Assembly: GCA_029567505.1 (NCBI GenBank)
Contig: JAKPXO010000221.1
Coordinates: 8,166 to 72,165, forward strand
Source: Acidobacteriota bacterium
Lineage (GTDB): Bacteria > Acidobacteriota > Thermoanaerobaculia > UBA5066
Length of the DNA: 64,000 nucleotides
Reading direction: 5' to 3'
In this document: one piece after another, positions 37,966-50,285 of the stretch
How positions within the stretch are numbered: position 1 is the first letter of the stretch
Layout: every line of letters begins with the position of its first letter
Translations under genes and position numbers: made by a program
The notes under the pieces: generated by a model
What the model was told of the DNA's origin: nothing
Database searches by the model: none
What the model saw: the letters and a program-made list of their open reading frames with translations, nothing else

Positions 37966-38513
37966 TGCTGGCCGGGGCCTCCGTCCGACTCCGCCCGGTG
38001 AAGGCGGACGACCTCGACTGGCTCGTCGCCGCCTGCGGGAAGCCCTCCGCCTTCGGCGAGTTCGAGCCGTTCTTCGTCGGCGAGGCCGAGAGCCTCCGGC
38101 GGCGGTTCGAGCAGGACGGCCTGCTCTCGGAGGACCTGACGCGCCTCGTCATCGAGGACCGTGCGGGACGCCGGGTCGGGCTCGCCGGTGTCGACGACGT
38201 CGACCTGCACTCCCGCGTCGCCCGGATCACCGCCACGATCCTCGAGCCGGCCGAGCGCGGCAAGGGGCTCGGAACGGACGCGCACCGCGCCCTCGTCTCC
38301 TATCTCTTCCTCCACCGCGGCCTCCTCCGGATCGAGGCCTTCGTCGCGGCGGGGAACGTCGCCGCGCGCGCCGTCCTGAAGCGCCTCGGCTTCGTGGAGG
38401 AAGGGACGCTCCGGAGCCGCGTCTTCGCGCACGGCCAGAGGCACGACGTCGTCGTCCTCGGTCTCCTCTACGAGGACTGGTCCCGGCGCTCCGTCGCTTC
38501 GCTCGCGATCTGA
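37965..38513 (+). CDS. GNAT family N-acetyltransferase (RimJ/RimL-like)
   Basis: GTG overlapping the argS stop; acetyl-CoA-binding motif RGKGLGTDAHRALVSYLF. Confidence 0.75.
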   Translation: MLAGASVRLRPVKADDLDWLVAACGKPSAFGEFEPFFVGEAESLRRRFEQDGLLSEDLTRLVIEDRAGRRVGLAGVDDVDLHSRVARITATILEPAERGKGLGTDAHRALVSYLFLHRGLLRIEAFVAAGNVAARAVLKRLGFVEEGTLRSRVFAHGQRHDVVVLGLLYEDWSRRSVASLAI

Positions 38514-38947
38514 GCCGCGAGGCGGGCCGGCTCGCCCGCCACGAGCCGGCGGACGTCGAGGAGGACGCGCCTCTCGCCTCCGGCCACGACCACTCCCTTC
38601 AGACATTCCGCGACGGCCGGCGCGAGCCCCTCCGGCGGGAGCCCCTCGGCCCCGTCCACCGTCAGGATTCCCTCCACGACCTCGGCGCCGAGCGCCGCGG
38701 GGATTCCGTCGAACGTTCCGGCGAGGAGGTCGCGGGGTCCGGGGGTGTCCCGTCCCGGAAAGAGGCGGCGGCCGACGTCGACGACGGCGAGGAGTCCCCG
38801 GGGCCCCGAGACGAGCCCCGCGATCCAGGAGGGCGCCCCCGGGGCCGGGAGGAGCGACGCGGGACGGAGGATCCGCTCGACGTCGGCGGGATCGGCCGCG
38901 CACGCCACGCCGCCCGCCCGGAACGCGACGACGCGGCGAAGCGTCAC
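38468..38947 (-). CDS. CheW-like chemotaxis coupling protein
   Basis: 159 aa; [22 protein letters not shown]...[24 protein letters not shown] matches the CheW domain pattern; 4 nt overlap with the upstream MCP gene. Confidence 0.7.
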   Translation of the reverse strand: MTLRRVVAFRAGGVACAADPADVERILRPASLLPAPGAPSWIAGLVSGPRGLLAVVDVGRRLFPGRDTPGPRDLLAGTFDGIPAALGAEVVEGILTVDGAEGLPPEGLAPAVAECLKGVVVAGGERRVLLDVRRLVAGEPARLAAQIASEATERRDQSS

Positions 38948-40671
38948 GTGGTCTGAAGCTCCGCGCCGACCCGGAACCGCCCGACCTCGTCCTCGAGCGA
39001 GCCGGCGAGGGTCTCGAGCGCCGCCGTCGTGTCGTCGACGGAAGCGGCGGACGCGAGGGTGTCGAGGCTCATCGCCTCGACCTCGGAGAGGAGGCCGAGT
39101 ATTCGGTGGCTGTCAGCCGTCTGGCGGCCGACGGCGTCCTGGATGTCGCGCATGAGGCCGAGGGAGCGCTCCGCCGCGACCGCGATCTGGCCCGCCGCCC
39201 CCTTTTGCTCCTGGACGGTCCGCTCGACGAAGCCGGCGAGCTCCCGGATCCGCCCGACGAGCTCGCGGATCCGCTCCGCCTCGCGGGTGTTGCGTCGTCC
39301 TTCCTCCGCGAGCGCCCGGAGCCCCTCGCGCATCTCGCCGACCGAGGCGACGCTCGCCGCCACCGTCGCGGCCTGGGCGCGCGACACCTCGCGGATCGCG
39401 GCGACGGCCTCCTCGGCCCGCGCCGCCGCGGCCTCGATGCCGGCGAGCGCCTCACCCGCCCGCGTCGCCGTCTCGACGCCGCGGGTGACGAGCCGCGTCT
39501 CCTCCTCGGCCGCCGCCCGCGCCGCGTCGACCTCTTCCCGCATTCCCGCGACGTGGCCGCCGATCCCACGGGCCCCTTCGGAGGTCCGCTCGGAGAGGCG
39601 ACGGATCTCGGCGGCGACGACGGCGAAGCCGCGCCCGTGCTCCCCCGCGCGCGTCGCGAGGAACGAGGCGTTCAGGGCGAGGAGGTTCGTCTGCCGCGCG
39701 ATGTCCTCGAGCATCTCGAGGATGCGCCCCACCTCGCGGGAGCGCGCCTCGACACGCCCGACCGCGTCACGGACCGTACCGGACGAGAGCCGGATCGCCG
39801 CGACGGAAGCGCGGGCCTCCTCGACGACGGCCCGCCCCGAGCGGGCCTCGGTGGCCGCGTGCGCGGCCTGCTCCGCCGCCTCGCGCGCCGACGCGAGAAC
39901 CGCGCCGTGCGCCTTCTCGGCCTGAGTCGAGCCCTCGGCGAGGTCGTCCGCCCGCCGCGCGAGGTCGCTGAGCGTCGCGTCCAGGACCGCGGCGCCTTCG
40001 GCGAGGGAGGCAGCCGCCCCGGCCCCGTCCGTCGAGTCGGCGAGGAGCCCTTCCGATCGCGCGAGGAGCTGCGTGAGCGACCCGTCCACCTCCGCGACGG
40101 CGGCCGCCGTCTCCTCGGAGCCCGCCGCGAGCGTCTCGACGCTCTCGGCGATCGCGCGGATCGTCCCGTCCAGCCCGCCGACGGCGGCGGTGGCGCTCGA
40201 GAGCCGCACCCGTTCCTGGGCAGCCCGCTCGCGGTTGCGGATCGACGCCGCGCGCAGGACCGCGACCTGCCGGTTGAGCTGTCCGTGCTCCCGACGAACC
40301 GACGACAGGAGGTGCGCGCCCCGGCCGGCGACCGCGTTCAGGAACCGGCCGATCCGTCCCGCCAGGTCGCGTCCCTCCGGGGCTCGCGAGGCGAGGTCGC
40401 CTTCGGCCATCTGCCGGGCCGCGGCCAGGGTTCGGCCGAGGCGGGCCGCGGGACGCTGGAGGAAGACCGCGACCGCGGCGCCGGCGAGCAGCCCCGCGAC
40501 CGCCGAGGCGGCGAGTCCCAGGTCGAGGACGAGAGTCTGCCGGAACGGATTACCGAAGCCAGCGGCCGCCCACGCGGCCGACACCGATGCCGCGCCGCCG
40601 GCCACGAAGGCCGCGAGCCCCGCGACGAGGGAGAGGATCGGAATGAAGCGGTCGGGCTCCTCGTGCGCCAC
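38944..40671 (-). CDS. methyl-accepting chemotaxis protein with two TM helices and minimal periplasmic loop
   Basis: 575 aa; TM1-(~10 aa)-TM2, HAMP, highly conserved MCP signalling domain ([34 protein letters not shown]). Confidence 0.9.
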   Translation of the reverse strand: MAHEEPDRFIPILSLVAGLAAFVAGGAASVSAAWAAAGFGNPFRQTLVLDLGLAASAVAGLLAGAAVAVFLQRPAARLGRTLAAARQMAEGDLASRAPEGRDLAGRIGRFLNAVAGRGAHLLSSVRREHGQLNRQVAVLRAASIRNRERAAQERVRLSSATAAVGGLDGTIRAIAESVETLAAGSEETAAAVAEVDGSLTQLLARSEGLLADSTDGAGAAASLAEGAAVLDATLSDLARRADDLAEGSTQAEKAHGAVLASAREAAEQAAHAATEARSGRAVVEEARASVAAIRLSSGTVRDAVGRVEARSREVGRILEMLEDIARQTNLLALNASFLATRAGEHGRGFAVVAAEIRRLSERTSEGARGIGGHVAGMREEVDAARAAAEEETRLVTRGVETATRAGEALAGIEAAAARAEEAVAAIREVSRAQAATVAASVASVGEMREGLRALAEEGRRNTREAERIRELVGRIRELAGFVERTVQEQKGAAGQIAVAAERSLGLMRDIQDAVGRQTADSHRILGLLSEVEAMSLDTLASAASVDDTTAALETLAGSLEDEVGRFRVGAELQTT

Positions 40672-40695
40672 GACGGTCAGTCTAGACCAGGCCGC

Positions 40696-41379
40696 TCAGG
40701 GCGGGGAGGACGAGGAGCGCCGGACCGCCGTCGCCACGACCTCGCCCGGAACCGGGCCCGACGCGGGCCCCAGCTCGCGCGCTTCGAGAACCTCGGCGAG
40801 CTCCTGCCGCGGGAACAGGCGGACCGTCAGCGCGACCCGGCGGCCGGAGCAGCCCTTCCGCGCGAGGACCGCCTCCGTCACAGCGCCGTCGAGGAGTGTG
40901 ACGACCTCCCCGTCGTCGGTCCTGAGGACCGGGAGGTGGCGGGGGTCGAGGACCGGAGTCTCCGGGAAGAGCCGGGCGAGGGCGCAGCGCAGGCAGAAGA
41001 CCTCGCCGGTGAGCTCCCGGACCTCGGACGCCTCGACGAGCGTGGGCGCCGGCGGCGGGGAGCTCCGAACGAAGAGCACCGCCCCGACCGCCGCCGCCCC
41101 TGCGGCGGCCGCCGCGACGGCGAGGAATCCCCGGCGCCGGGTCCGACGCGGCCCCGGCGCCTGCGCGACCGCGCGGGCGAGGCGCGTCCGGACCGCCTCC
41201 GGGATCTGGTCGTCCGGCCGCGCCTCCCGGAGGGCCGCGTTCCGGGTCTCGGCGTCGCGCCGGAGAGCGGCGCAGTGCGCGCACGTATCGAGGTGCGCCA
41301 GAAGGCGGGCCGCCGTCGCGACGTCGAGCTCGTCGTCACAGAGCGCCTCGATCAGGGGGCTGGCGGTTTCGCAGTCCAT
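40696..41379 (-). CDS. anti-sigma factor (zinc-finger type) with one TM helix and ~130 aa periplasmic domain
   Basis: 227 aa; N-terminal HxxxCxxC-type motif (LAHLDTCAHCAAL), TM FLAVAAAAAGAAAVGAVLFV; immediately downstream of the ECF sigma gene. Confidence 0.6.
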   Translation of the reverse strand: MDCETASPLIEALCDDELDVATAARLLAHLDTCAHCAALRRDAETRNAALREARPDDQIPEAVRTRLARAVAQAPGPRRTRRRGFLAVAAAAAGAAAVGAVLFVRSSPPPAPTLVEASEVRELTGEVFCLRCALARLFPETPVLDPRHLPVLRTDDGEVVTLLDGAVTEAVLARKGCSGRRVALTVRLFPRQELAEVLEARELGPASGPVPGEVVATAVRRSSSSPP

Positions 41380-41411
41380 CGCGCGGCCCGCGGGGGCCTC
41401 TCCAGCGAGGT

Positions 41412-42074
41412 CTAACGCCGACGCCGTGGCGGGTATTCCGCCGCCCCGGCGGCCTCTCCGGCCGCACGCCGGCTGCGTGCCGGCGAAGCCGTCGCTCCGA
41501 AGTAGCCCCGGCGCTTCCCGTACGCAAGGAGCGCCTCCTCGAGCAGGCGACGACCTCGATAGAGCCGCGACATGACGGTCCCGAGCGGGATCTCGAGGAT
41601 GTCCGCGACCTCGCGGTAGGAGAAGTCCTGGAGGTCGACGAGCTCGACGACGAGCCGGAAGTCCTCCGGAAGGCTCGTCAGCGCGCGCGCGACGTCTCCG
41701 TCGAGCGAACGGCCGAGGAGCTCGTCCTCGGGCGTCGCGGCCGGAGGGACCACTTCCTCGAGGGCCGACTCGAACGTCGCCCCTCCGCGCTCGAGGTCGA
41801 CCTCTCGGGGCCCCGCCTTCTGCTGGCGGTAGCGGTTGATGAACCCGTTCTTCAGGATCCGGAAGAGCCACGCCTTCAGGTTCGTCCCCTCGCGGAAGCT
41901 GTCGTAGTGGGCGAAGGCCCGCAGGTACGTCTCCTGGAGGAGGTCCTCCGCGTCCTGCCGGTTCCTCGTCAGGCGAAGGGCGGTCCCGAAGAGGGCGTCC
42001 GCGTACGGCAGCTCCCCCGATCGGAGGTCCCAGGCGTTCGGGGCCCGGTCGCGGCGGAATCCGAAGAGGGCCAT
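41412..42074 (-). CDS. ECF-subfamily RNA polymerase sigma-70 factor
   Basis: Region 2 ([16 protein letters not shown]...AWLFRILKN) and region 4 ([29 protein letters not shown]). Confidence 0.9.
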   Translation of the reverse strand: MALFGFRRDRAPNAWDLRSGELPYADALFGTALRLTRNRQDAEDLLQETYLRAFAHYDSFREGTNLKAWLFRILKNGFINRYRQQKAGPREVDLERGGATFESALEEVVPPAATPEDELLGRSLDGDVARALTSLPEDFRLVVELVDLQDFSYREVADILEIPLGTVMSRLYRGRRLLEEALLAYGKRRGYFGATASPARSRRAAGEAAGAAEYPPRRRR

Positions 42075-42183
42075 CTTCTCCCTTCAACGACGGCGCGGGC
42101 CCGCCGGATTGCGGCCGATACGGCAAGGCCCCGGCAGGCGCCGGGGCCCTCCGCACCGGTCCGGGCCGCGCGGGCCCGCCGGG

Positions 42184-42513
42184 TCACTTCCCCTGGAGGA
42201 GGAAGGCGATGACGAGCGTGTAGATGACGAGCGACTCGATCAGGACGAGGCCGAGGAACGCGATGCCGCGGATCTGGCCGGCGGCGCCGGGGTTGCGGGC
42301 CATGCCGTCGCAGGCGGCGACGGCCGTCCGGCCCTGCGCGGTGGCGCCGGCGGTCGCGCCGATCGCCAGGACGAGCGCGGCCGACAGGTGGCCCCAGCCC
42401 GCGCCACCGCTCGTCGCCTTGGCGGCCTCCGCGGCCTCCTGCGCGAAGGCGAGGTTCGGGAGCAGGAAGGCGAGGCCGGCGACGGCGACGGCGGGGAGAA
42501 GCTTCTTGATCAT
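42184..42513 (-). CDS. atpE: F-type ATP synthase F0 c subunit with N-terminal signal-like extension
   Basis: Helix-loop-helix (…AIGATAGATAQGRTAVAA…ARNPGAAGQIR…GLVLIESLVIYTLVIAF); ~35 aa hydrophobic N-terminal extension. Confidence 0.85.
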   Translation of the reverse strand: MIKKLLPAVAVAGLAFLLPNLAFAQEAAEAAKATSGGAGWGHLSAALVLAIGATAGATAQGRTAVAACDGMARNPGAAGQIRGIAFLGLVLIESLVIYTLVIAFLLQGK

Positions 42514-42550
42514 GTCCTTTGGGCTCCTTTCGGGTTCGGTGTTCCGCGTT

Positions 42551-43348
42551 TCAGTGCTCGTGGGCGATCGCGCCCCCGATGTAGACGGTGGTCAGGAGGG
42601 TGAAGACGTACGCCTGGAGGAACGACCCGAAGATTCCGAGGGCGTTCATCGGCATCGGCACGAGGAGCGGCACGAGCTCGACGAACTGGTTCGTCGCCGT
42701 GTGCTCGCCGTAGATGTTCCCGAAGAGACGCATCGCCAGGGAGAGCGCCCGGGCGAAGTTGCCGATCATCTCGATCGGGAAGACGAGGATCGCGAGCGCC
42801 GCGCTCGGGCCCGCGAACGTCTTCAGGTAGCCGAAGACGCCGTGCGCCTTGATCCCGGCCGCGTTGAAGAAGACGAGGCACGAGAGCGAGAGGGCGAACG
42901 TCGTGTTGAGGCTGGAGGTCGGCGGCTGGAGGAAGAAGAGCTGGCCGACCAGGTTCGAGACCGTGATGAAGAAGAAGAACGCCCCGACCACCGGGAGGTA
43001 CTTCTCGCCGGTGTGGGGGATGTTCTCCTTGATCAGGCCGCGGAGGAAGTCGACGAAGACCTCGAGGACGTTCTGTGCCCCGCCCGGAACGCCCTCCCGG
43101 AAGCGGCGGGCGAGGACCGGCAGGACGACCGCGAAGACGAGGAGGACGACGAGCGCCATGATCACGTGATCGGGGATCCAGCCGAGGACGGCACCGGTCG
43201 CGTGGTCGACCGGGGCGACGCCCGCAACGTGGACGCCGCCGATCGTCACTCCGTGGAGCCACCACGACGGCGCGTTCTCGGGCGATCCGAAGATCGCCGT
43301 CAGGAGCGCGTTGACGGGTCCGAACAGGATCGAGTGATGGTGCTGCAT
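42551..43348 (-). CDS. atpB: F-type ATP synthase F0 a subunit
   Basis: 265 aa from ATG 43348; conserved Arg in LSLAMRLFGN and typical five- to six-helix profile. Confidence 0.9.
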   Translation of the reverse strand: MQHHHSILFGPVNALLTAIFGSPENAPSWWLHGVTIGGVHVAGVAPVDHATGAVLGWIPDHVIMALVVLLVFAVVLPVLARRFREGVPGGAQNVLEVFVDFLRGLIKENIPHTGEKYLPVVGAFFFFITVSNLVGQLFFLQPPTSSLNTTFALSLSCLVFFNAAGIKAHGVFGYLKTFAGPSAALAILVFPIEMIGNFARALSLAMRLFGNIYGEHTATNQFVELVPLLVPMPMNALGIFGSFLQAYVFTLLTTVYIGGAIAHEH

Positions 43349-43349
43349 C

Positions 43350-43775
43350 TCACTCCCGCGGGGTCGTTCCTTCTTCCTCTTCCTCCGGAGTGGACCGGCC
43401 GGCCGCGCCTCCCCGGAACCCGTCGGCGAGGACCCCGAGGACGACCGCGGAGAGACCTCCGAGGAGCCACGGGACCTCGTCCGGGAAGAGGCGAACCGAG
43501 CCGTACGCCGCGAGCCCCAGGAAGGCATAGCGGAGGAGAGCGCGGAGCGCGAACTTCCAGTCGAGCCGGGTCGACGCCCGTGGACGGGGAACGAGCAGTC
43601 TCCCGGCCACGTCCGACAACCAGAGGCCGGAGACGATAGCTACGGCCGCTCCGGCCGTCAAGGCGGCGGCTTCCCGGAACCTCCCGAGGGCTCCGAGCGC
43701 GAGGGCGGCGAGGAGAGCGGCCCAGGCGGCCACCCGGAAGACCCGGCGCTCCTGCGGGAGGAGCGCGAGGCTCAT
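43350..43775 (-). CDS. AtpI-like small membrane protein (four predicted TM helices)
   Basis: 141 aa; position between atpZ-like and atpB; hydrophobic helices, acidic tail. Confidence 0.45.
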   Translation of the reverse strand: MSLALLPQERRVFRVAAWAALLAALALGALGRFREAAALTAGAAVAIVSGLWLSDVAGRLLVPRPRASTRLDWKFALRALLRYAFLGLAAYGSVRLFPDEVPWLLGGLSAVVLGVLADGFRGGAAGRSTPEEEEEGTTPRE

Positions 43776-44047
43776 CCCCCGTCCTCCTTCGGTCCCGGAT
43801 CGCTCCCCGGCGGGTTCTTCCGCCGGCCCTCGAGCCTGTCCGCTTCGCGGAGGAGCTGCCGGATGCCGCCGGCGAAGCCGACGAGGCCGAGGACGGCGGT
43901 GGCGGCCGGGAAGCTCCCGAGCCACCGGTCGACGAGCCAGCCGAGCCCCCCGCCCGCCGCGAGGCAGGCGGGGAGGACCCAGCCGAAGCTCAGGACGTCG
44001 CCGAGGAGGCGGAGGTTCGGATCGGGCTCCCTCCGCGGCTCGGGCAT
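43772..44047 (-). CDS. AtpZ/ATPase_gene1-like small membrane protein
   Basis: 91 aa; two TM helices with G-rich motifs (AAGGGLGWLVD...LGLVGFAGG); ATGA overlap with atpI-like; starts 8 nt after nuoN stop. Confidence 0.45.
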   Translation of the reverse strand: MPEPRREPDPNLRLLGDVLSFGWVLPACLAAGGGLGWLVDRWLGSFPAATAVLGLVGFAGGIRQLLREADRLEGRRKNPPGSDPGPKEDGG

Positions 44048-44054
44048 CGCAGCC

Positions 44055-45533
44055 CTACGGCAGGAGGCAGGACTTCGCCAGGGCGATGAGCGGCTGGGGG
44101 AGGACTCCGAACGCGAGCGTCCCGGCGAAGCAGAGGCCGACCGCGACGGCCACGGCCGGCTCCTCGCGCCAGCGGACCTCCCCCTCCCCGTCGACCAGGT
44201 ACATCGCCCGGACGATCCGGAAGTAGTAGAAGAGCGACACTGCCGACATCAGGACGCCCAGGACGACGAGGGCGGGCCAGCCCGCCTTCAGGGCGGCCGA
44301 GAAGAGGAGGTACTTCCCGACGAAGCCGGCCGTCGGCGGGATGCCGGCGAGGGAGAGGAGGAAGACGACCATCGCGCCGGCCGCGAGCGGGTTCCGCTTC
44401 CAGAGGCCGTTGAAGTCGTCGACGCTCTCCGTCGCGTAGCCCTTCGCCTCGAGGAGGACGACCAGGCCGAACGCCCCGAACGTCATCAGGAGGTAGGCGG
44501 TCAGGTAGAAGAGGATCGCCCAGAGGCCGAACGCCTCGGGCTGGCCCGCGGCGCCCCCCGCCCGGTAGGCGAGGAGCCCGAGGAGCGCGTAGCCCGCGTG
44601 CCCGATCGAGGAGTAGCCGAGGAGCCTCTTGACGTTCGTCTGCATCAGGGCGCCGACGTTACCCACGACCATCGTGAGCGCCGCCGAGGCCGCGAGGACG
44701 GGCGCCCAGTCGTCGGATCGCGGTCCGAAGCCGTCGAAGAAGACGCGCGCGAAGATGGCGTAGGCCGCGAGCTTCGGGCCGACCGCGAAGAACGCCGAGA
44801 CCGGCGTCGGCGCGCCTTCGTACACGTCGGGCGCCCAGACGTGGAACGGCGCCGAGGCGATCTTGAAGAGCATCCCGCACGCGACGAGGACGACGCCGAC
44901 CATGAGGAGCGTCGAGCGGGGCGCGGCCTCGAGGGCCGAGGAGACGCCGGCGAGGGAGAGCGTCCCGGTCGCGCCGTAGACGAGGGAGAGGCCGTAGAGG
45001 AGGACGCCGGACGAGAACGCCCCGAGGACGAAGTACTTCGCCGCGGCCTCGACCGACTTCGCCTCCTGCTTGAAGTAGCCCGCCAGGACGTACTGGGAGA
45101 GGGCCATCAGCTCGAGCGCGACGTAGATCGAGACGAGGTGCGTCCCCGACGCCATAAACATCATGCCGACCGTCGTCAGGAGGAGGAGCGCGTAGTACTC
45201 GCCTCCGGGGTAGGGCGAGGTCCCGACGAAGCGGAGCGAGAAGAGGATCGTGACCGCGGCCGCGAGGAGCGTCAGCGCCTTGAAGAAGATCGAGAAGCCG
45301 TCGAGCGCGATCATTCCCCCGAACGCCGACCGGGGGAGCTCCCCGGCGAACGACGCCGCGACGGGCAGCAGGGCGGCCGCGATCGCGAGCGACGCGAGCG
45401 AGGCCCAGGCGAGCGCCCTCTCCCGCTCCCTCTTGACGACGGCCGCCCACAGCAGGATCCCGAGCGCGAGCTCGGAGAGGATCAGCTCGGGCAGGATGAC
45501 CAGGAGGTCGGAGAGCGGGAACGGGAGGGCCAC
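44055..45533 (-). CDS. nuoN: NADH-quinone oxidoreductase subunit N
   Basis: 492 aa antiporter-like subunit; last gene of the nuo block. Confidence 0.9.
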   Translation of the reverse strand: MALPFPLSDLLVILPELILSELALGILLWAAVVKRERERALAWASLASLAIAAALLPVAASFAGELPRSAFGGMIALDGFSIFFKALTLLAAAVTILFSLRFVGTSPYPGGEYYALLLLTTVGMMFMASGTHLVSIYVALELMALSQYVLAGYFKQEAKSVEAAAKYFVLGAFSSGVLLYGLSLVYGATGTLSLAGVSSALEAAPRSTLLMVGVVLVACGMLFKIASAPFHVWAPDVYEGAPTPVSAFFAVGPKLAAYAIFARVFFDGFGPRSDDWAPVLAASAALTMVVGNVGALMQTNVKRLLGYSSIGHAGYALLGLLAYRAGGAAGQPEAFGLWAILFYLTAYLLMTFGAFGLVVLLEAKGYATESVDDFNGLWKRNPLAAGAMVVFLLSLAGIPPTAGFVGKYLLFSAALKAGWPALVVLGVLMSAVSLFYYFRIVRAMYLVDGEGEVRWREEPAVAVAVGLCFAGTLAFGVLPQPLIALAKSCLLP

Positions 45534-45536
45534 GGT

Positions 45537-47171
45537 TCAGTTCCCCCTGGGAGCGGTCTCGGGGAGAGCGGCGGCCGGGACGACGGGGGTGGCGGACGGG
45601 ACCGGCGCCGCCGGCGCCGGCGAGAGCGCGGCGGCCACGGCCGGCGGCGCCCCCTTCGCGGCGTCGAGCGCCGCGACGATCTTCGCCGAGGCGGGGGCGG
45701 TCATCGCGAAGAACGGCTTCGGGTAGACGCCGATCCAGACGCAGCAGACGATCAGCGGCGCCAGCGTCAGCACCTCGCGGAGGTTCACGTCCTGGAGCCC
45801 CTTGTTCTCCTCGTGCTTCAGCTCCCCGAAGAAGACCCGCTGGTAGAGCCAGAGGAGGTACGCCGCGCCGAGGATGACGCCGACGCCGGCGAACAGGGCC
45901 CACTTCCAGTCGGCGAGGAACGCGCCGACGAGGATCGTGAACTCGCCGACGAAGCCGTTCAGGAGGGGGAGCCCGAGCGAGGCGAGGGCGATGATCATGA
46001 AGAGCGTCGCGTAAACCGGCATCACCTGCGAGAGGCCGCCGAAGTCGGCGATCTGACGCGTGTGGCGGCGCTCGTAGATGATCCCGACGAGGAGGAAGAG
46101 CCCGCCCGTCGAGAGTCCGTGGTTGATCGACTGGAGGACGCCCCCCTGCATCCCGGCGTTGTTCAGCGCGAAGAAGCCGAGCATCACGAAGCCGAGGTGG
46201 GCGACCGAGGAGTAGGCGACCAGCTTCTTGATGTCCTTCTGGACCATCGCCACGAGGGACCCGTAGAGGATCCCGACGATCGCGAGGACGACGACCGTCA
46301 GCTGCACCCAGCGCGTGGAGGCGGCCGACGGGAAGATCGGGAGCGAGAACCTCAGGAACCCGTACGTCCCCATCTTGAGGAGGACGCCGGCGAGGATCAC
46401 CGAGCCCGCCGTGGGGGCCTCGACGTGCGCGTCGGGGAGCCACGTGTGGAACGGGAACATCGGCACCTTGATCGCGAACCCGAGGAAGAACGCCCAGAAG
46501 AGCCAGAGCTGGAGGTCGGGCGGGATCTGCGGCGCGATCGCGTGGAAGTGGAGGATGTCGAACGTCGGTGCGTTCCCGAGCCCCTTCCACCAGAGGAAGC
46601 CCGTGGTGTTGAAGAAGTAGAGGGCGATGATCCCGACGAGCATGATCACCGACCCGAAGAGCGTGTAGAGGAAGAACTTGATCGCCGCGTAGAGCTTCCG
46701 CGGGCCGCCCCAGACCCCGATGAGGAAGTACATCGGGACGAGCATGACCTCCCAGAAGACGTAGAAGAGGAAGAAGTCGAGGGCGCAGAAGACCCCGATC
46801 ATCCCCGTCTCGAGGAGGAGCAGGAAGATGTAGTACTCCTTCTCCCGGGTCTTCACGGCCGTGTACGACGCGTAGATCGAGATGACGGAGAGCAGCGTCG
46901 TCAGGAGGATCAGCAGCGCCGCGATCCCGTCCACGCCGAGCGAGTACCGCACGCCGAGCGAGGGAATCCAGGAGAGGTCCTCGCGGAAGAGGAAGCCCGC
47001 CGACTCCCGGAAACCGCGGGCGAACCAGAGCGGGAGCGAGGCGAAGAAGGTCAGCCCCGCCACGGCCGTCGCCAGGGCCTTGATCGGCCCCGTCTTCTCC
47101 CGCGGGAGGAAGAGGATCGCCAGCGCCCCGGCCGTCGGGAGGAGGATCAGGAGGGAGAGGAGTCCGTTCAT
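45537..47171 (-). CDS. nuoM: NADH-quinone oxidoreductase subunit M
   Basis: 544 aa; Mrp/antiporter-like core (conserved Glu/Lys helix motifs). Confidence 0.9.
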   Translation of the reverse strand: MNGLLSLLILLPTAGALAILFLPREKTGPIKALATAVAGLTFFASLPLWFARGFRESAGFLFREDLSWIPSLGVRYSLGVDGIAALLILLTTLLSVISIYASYTAVKTREKEYYIFLLLLETGMIGVFCALDFFLFYVFWEVMLVPMYFLIGVWGGPRKLYAAIKFFLYTLFGSVIMLVGIIALYFFNTTGFLWWKGLGNAPTFDILHFHAIAPQIPPDLQLWLFWAFFLGFAIKVPMFPFHTWLPDAHVEAPTAGSVILAGVLLKMGTYGFLRFSLPIFPSAASTRWVQLTVVVLAIVGILYGSLVAMVQKDIKKLVAYSSVAHLGFVMLGFFALNNAGMQGGVLQSINHGLSTGGLFLLVGIIYERRHTRQIADFGGLSQVMPVYATLFMIIALASLGLPLLNGFVGEFTILVGAFLADWKWALFAGVGVILGAAYLLWLYQRVFFGELKHEENKGLQDVNLREVLTLAPLIVCCVWIGVYPKPFFAMTAPASAKIVAALDAAKGAPPAVAAALSPAPAAPVPSATPVVPAAALPETAPRGN

Positions 47172-47187
47172 TCGGCGTCCTTACACG

Positions 47188-49422
<2,235 letters not shown>

Positions 49423-49426
49423 CGGC

Positions 49427-49729
49427 TCAGCCCCTCATCTCCGCGGCGTCCTCGAGGTTCGCCGACGACTTCAGCCGGTAGAGCGAGAGGACGATCGCGA
49501 GGCCGATCGCCGCCTCTCCCGCCGCCACGATGATGACGAAGACCGAGAAGACCTGGCCGGTCAGGTCGCCGAGCTGCCTCGAGAAGGCGACGAGGTTGAT
49601 GTTCACCGCGTTCAGCATCAGCTCGATCGACATCAGGACGGTCAGGAGGTTCCTCCTCACGAGGACGCCGACGACGCCGATCGTGAAGACGACGAACGAG
49701 AGTCCGACGAAGTGGGCCAGGGTGATCAT
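49427..49729 (-). CDS. nuoK: NADH-quinone oxidoreductase subunit K
   Basis: 100 aa, 3 TM, conserved Glu residues. Confidence 0.9.
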   Translation of the reverse strand: MITLAHFVGLSFVVFTIGVVGVLVRRNLLTVLMSIELMLNAVNINLVAFSRQLGDLTGQVFSVFVIIVAAGEAAIGLAIVLSLYRLKSSANLEDAAEMRG

Positions 49730-50284
49730 CTAGTCGAACCTCTCCATCGTCCGCTTGCCGAGGACGACGGCGCCGATCATCGCGACGAGCAGGAAGAGGG
49801 AGGCGATCTCGAACGGGAGGAGGTAGTCGCGGTAGAGGACCCAGCCGACCGCCTGCGTGTTCCCGAGGACCGTCTCGCTCCCGAGGACCGTCGTGGCGAG
49901 CGCGGCCGGGTCGGCCGCCGGGGCCTTCCCCGCGAGCGCCCGCGCCTCGTTCACGACGACCCCGCCGACGACGACGAGGAAGAGGAAGCCGAACCCGAGC
50001 GCCGGGACGGCCTGCCGGTGGAGGTAGCGCTCCGTCCGCTGCCGCTTCACGTTCACGAGCATGATCGTGTACAGGAAGAGGACCATGACGCCGCCCGCGT
50101 AGACGAGGACCTGGACGGCGGCGACGAGCTCGGCCCGAGCCTGGACGTAGAGGCAGGCGACGCCGAGGAACGAGAGCAGCAGGAAGAGCGCCGAGTGGAT
50201 CGGCTGGCGCATGACCACGACGCCGACGGCGCCGACGACGACGACCGCGGAGAAGAGCCAGAAGAAGAAGAGGCCCGGTTCCAC
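49730..50284 (-). CDS. nuoJ: NADH-quinone oxidoreductase subunit J
   Basis: 184 aa membrane subunit; stop-start abutting nuoK. Confidence 0.85.
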   Translation of the reverse strand: MEPGLFFFWLFSAVVVVGAVGVVVMRQPIHSALFLLLSFLGVACLYVQARAELVAAVQVLVYAGGVMVLFLYTIMLVNVKRQRTERYLHRQAVPALGFGFLFLVVVGGVVVNEARALAGKAPAADPAALATTVLGSETVLGNTQAVGWVLYRDYLLPFEIASLFLLVAMIGAVVLGKRTMERFD

Positions 50285-50285
50285 G

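Noticed and set aside
35421-38513. 1030-aa plus ORF 35421-38513, plus minus ORFs 35728-37842 and 37274-38263.
   Set aside because: The real genes are argS (another frame) and the GNAT gene (last 183 codons of this ORF). The rest is Arg/Pro-rich noise.
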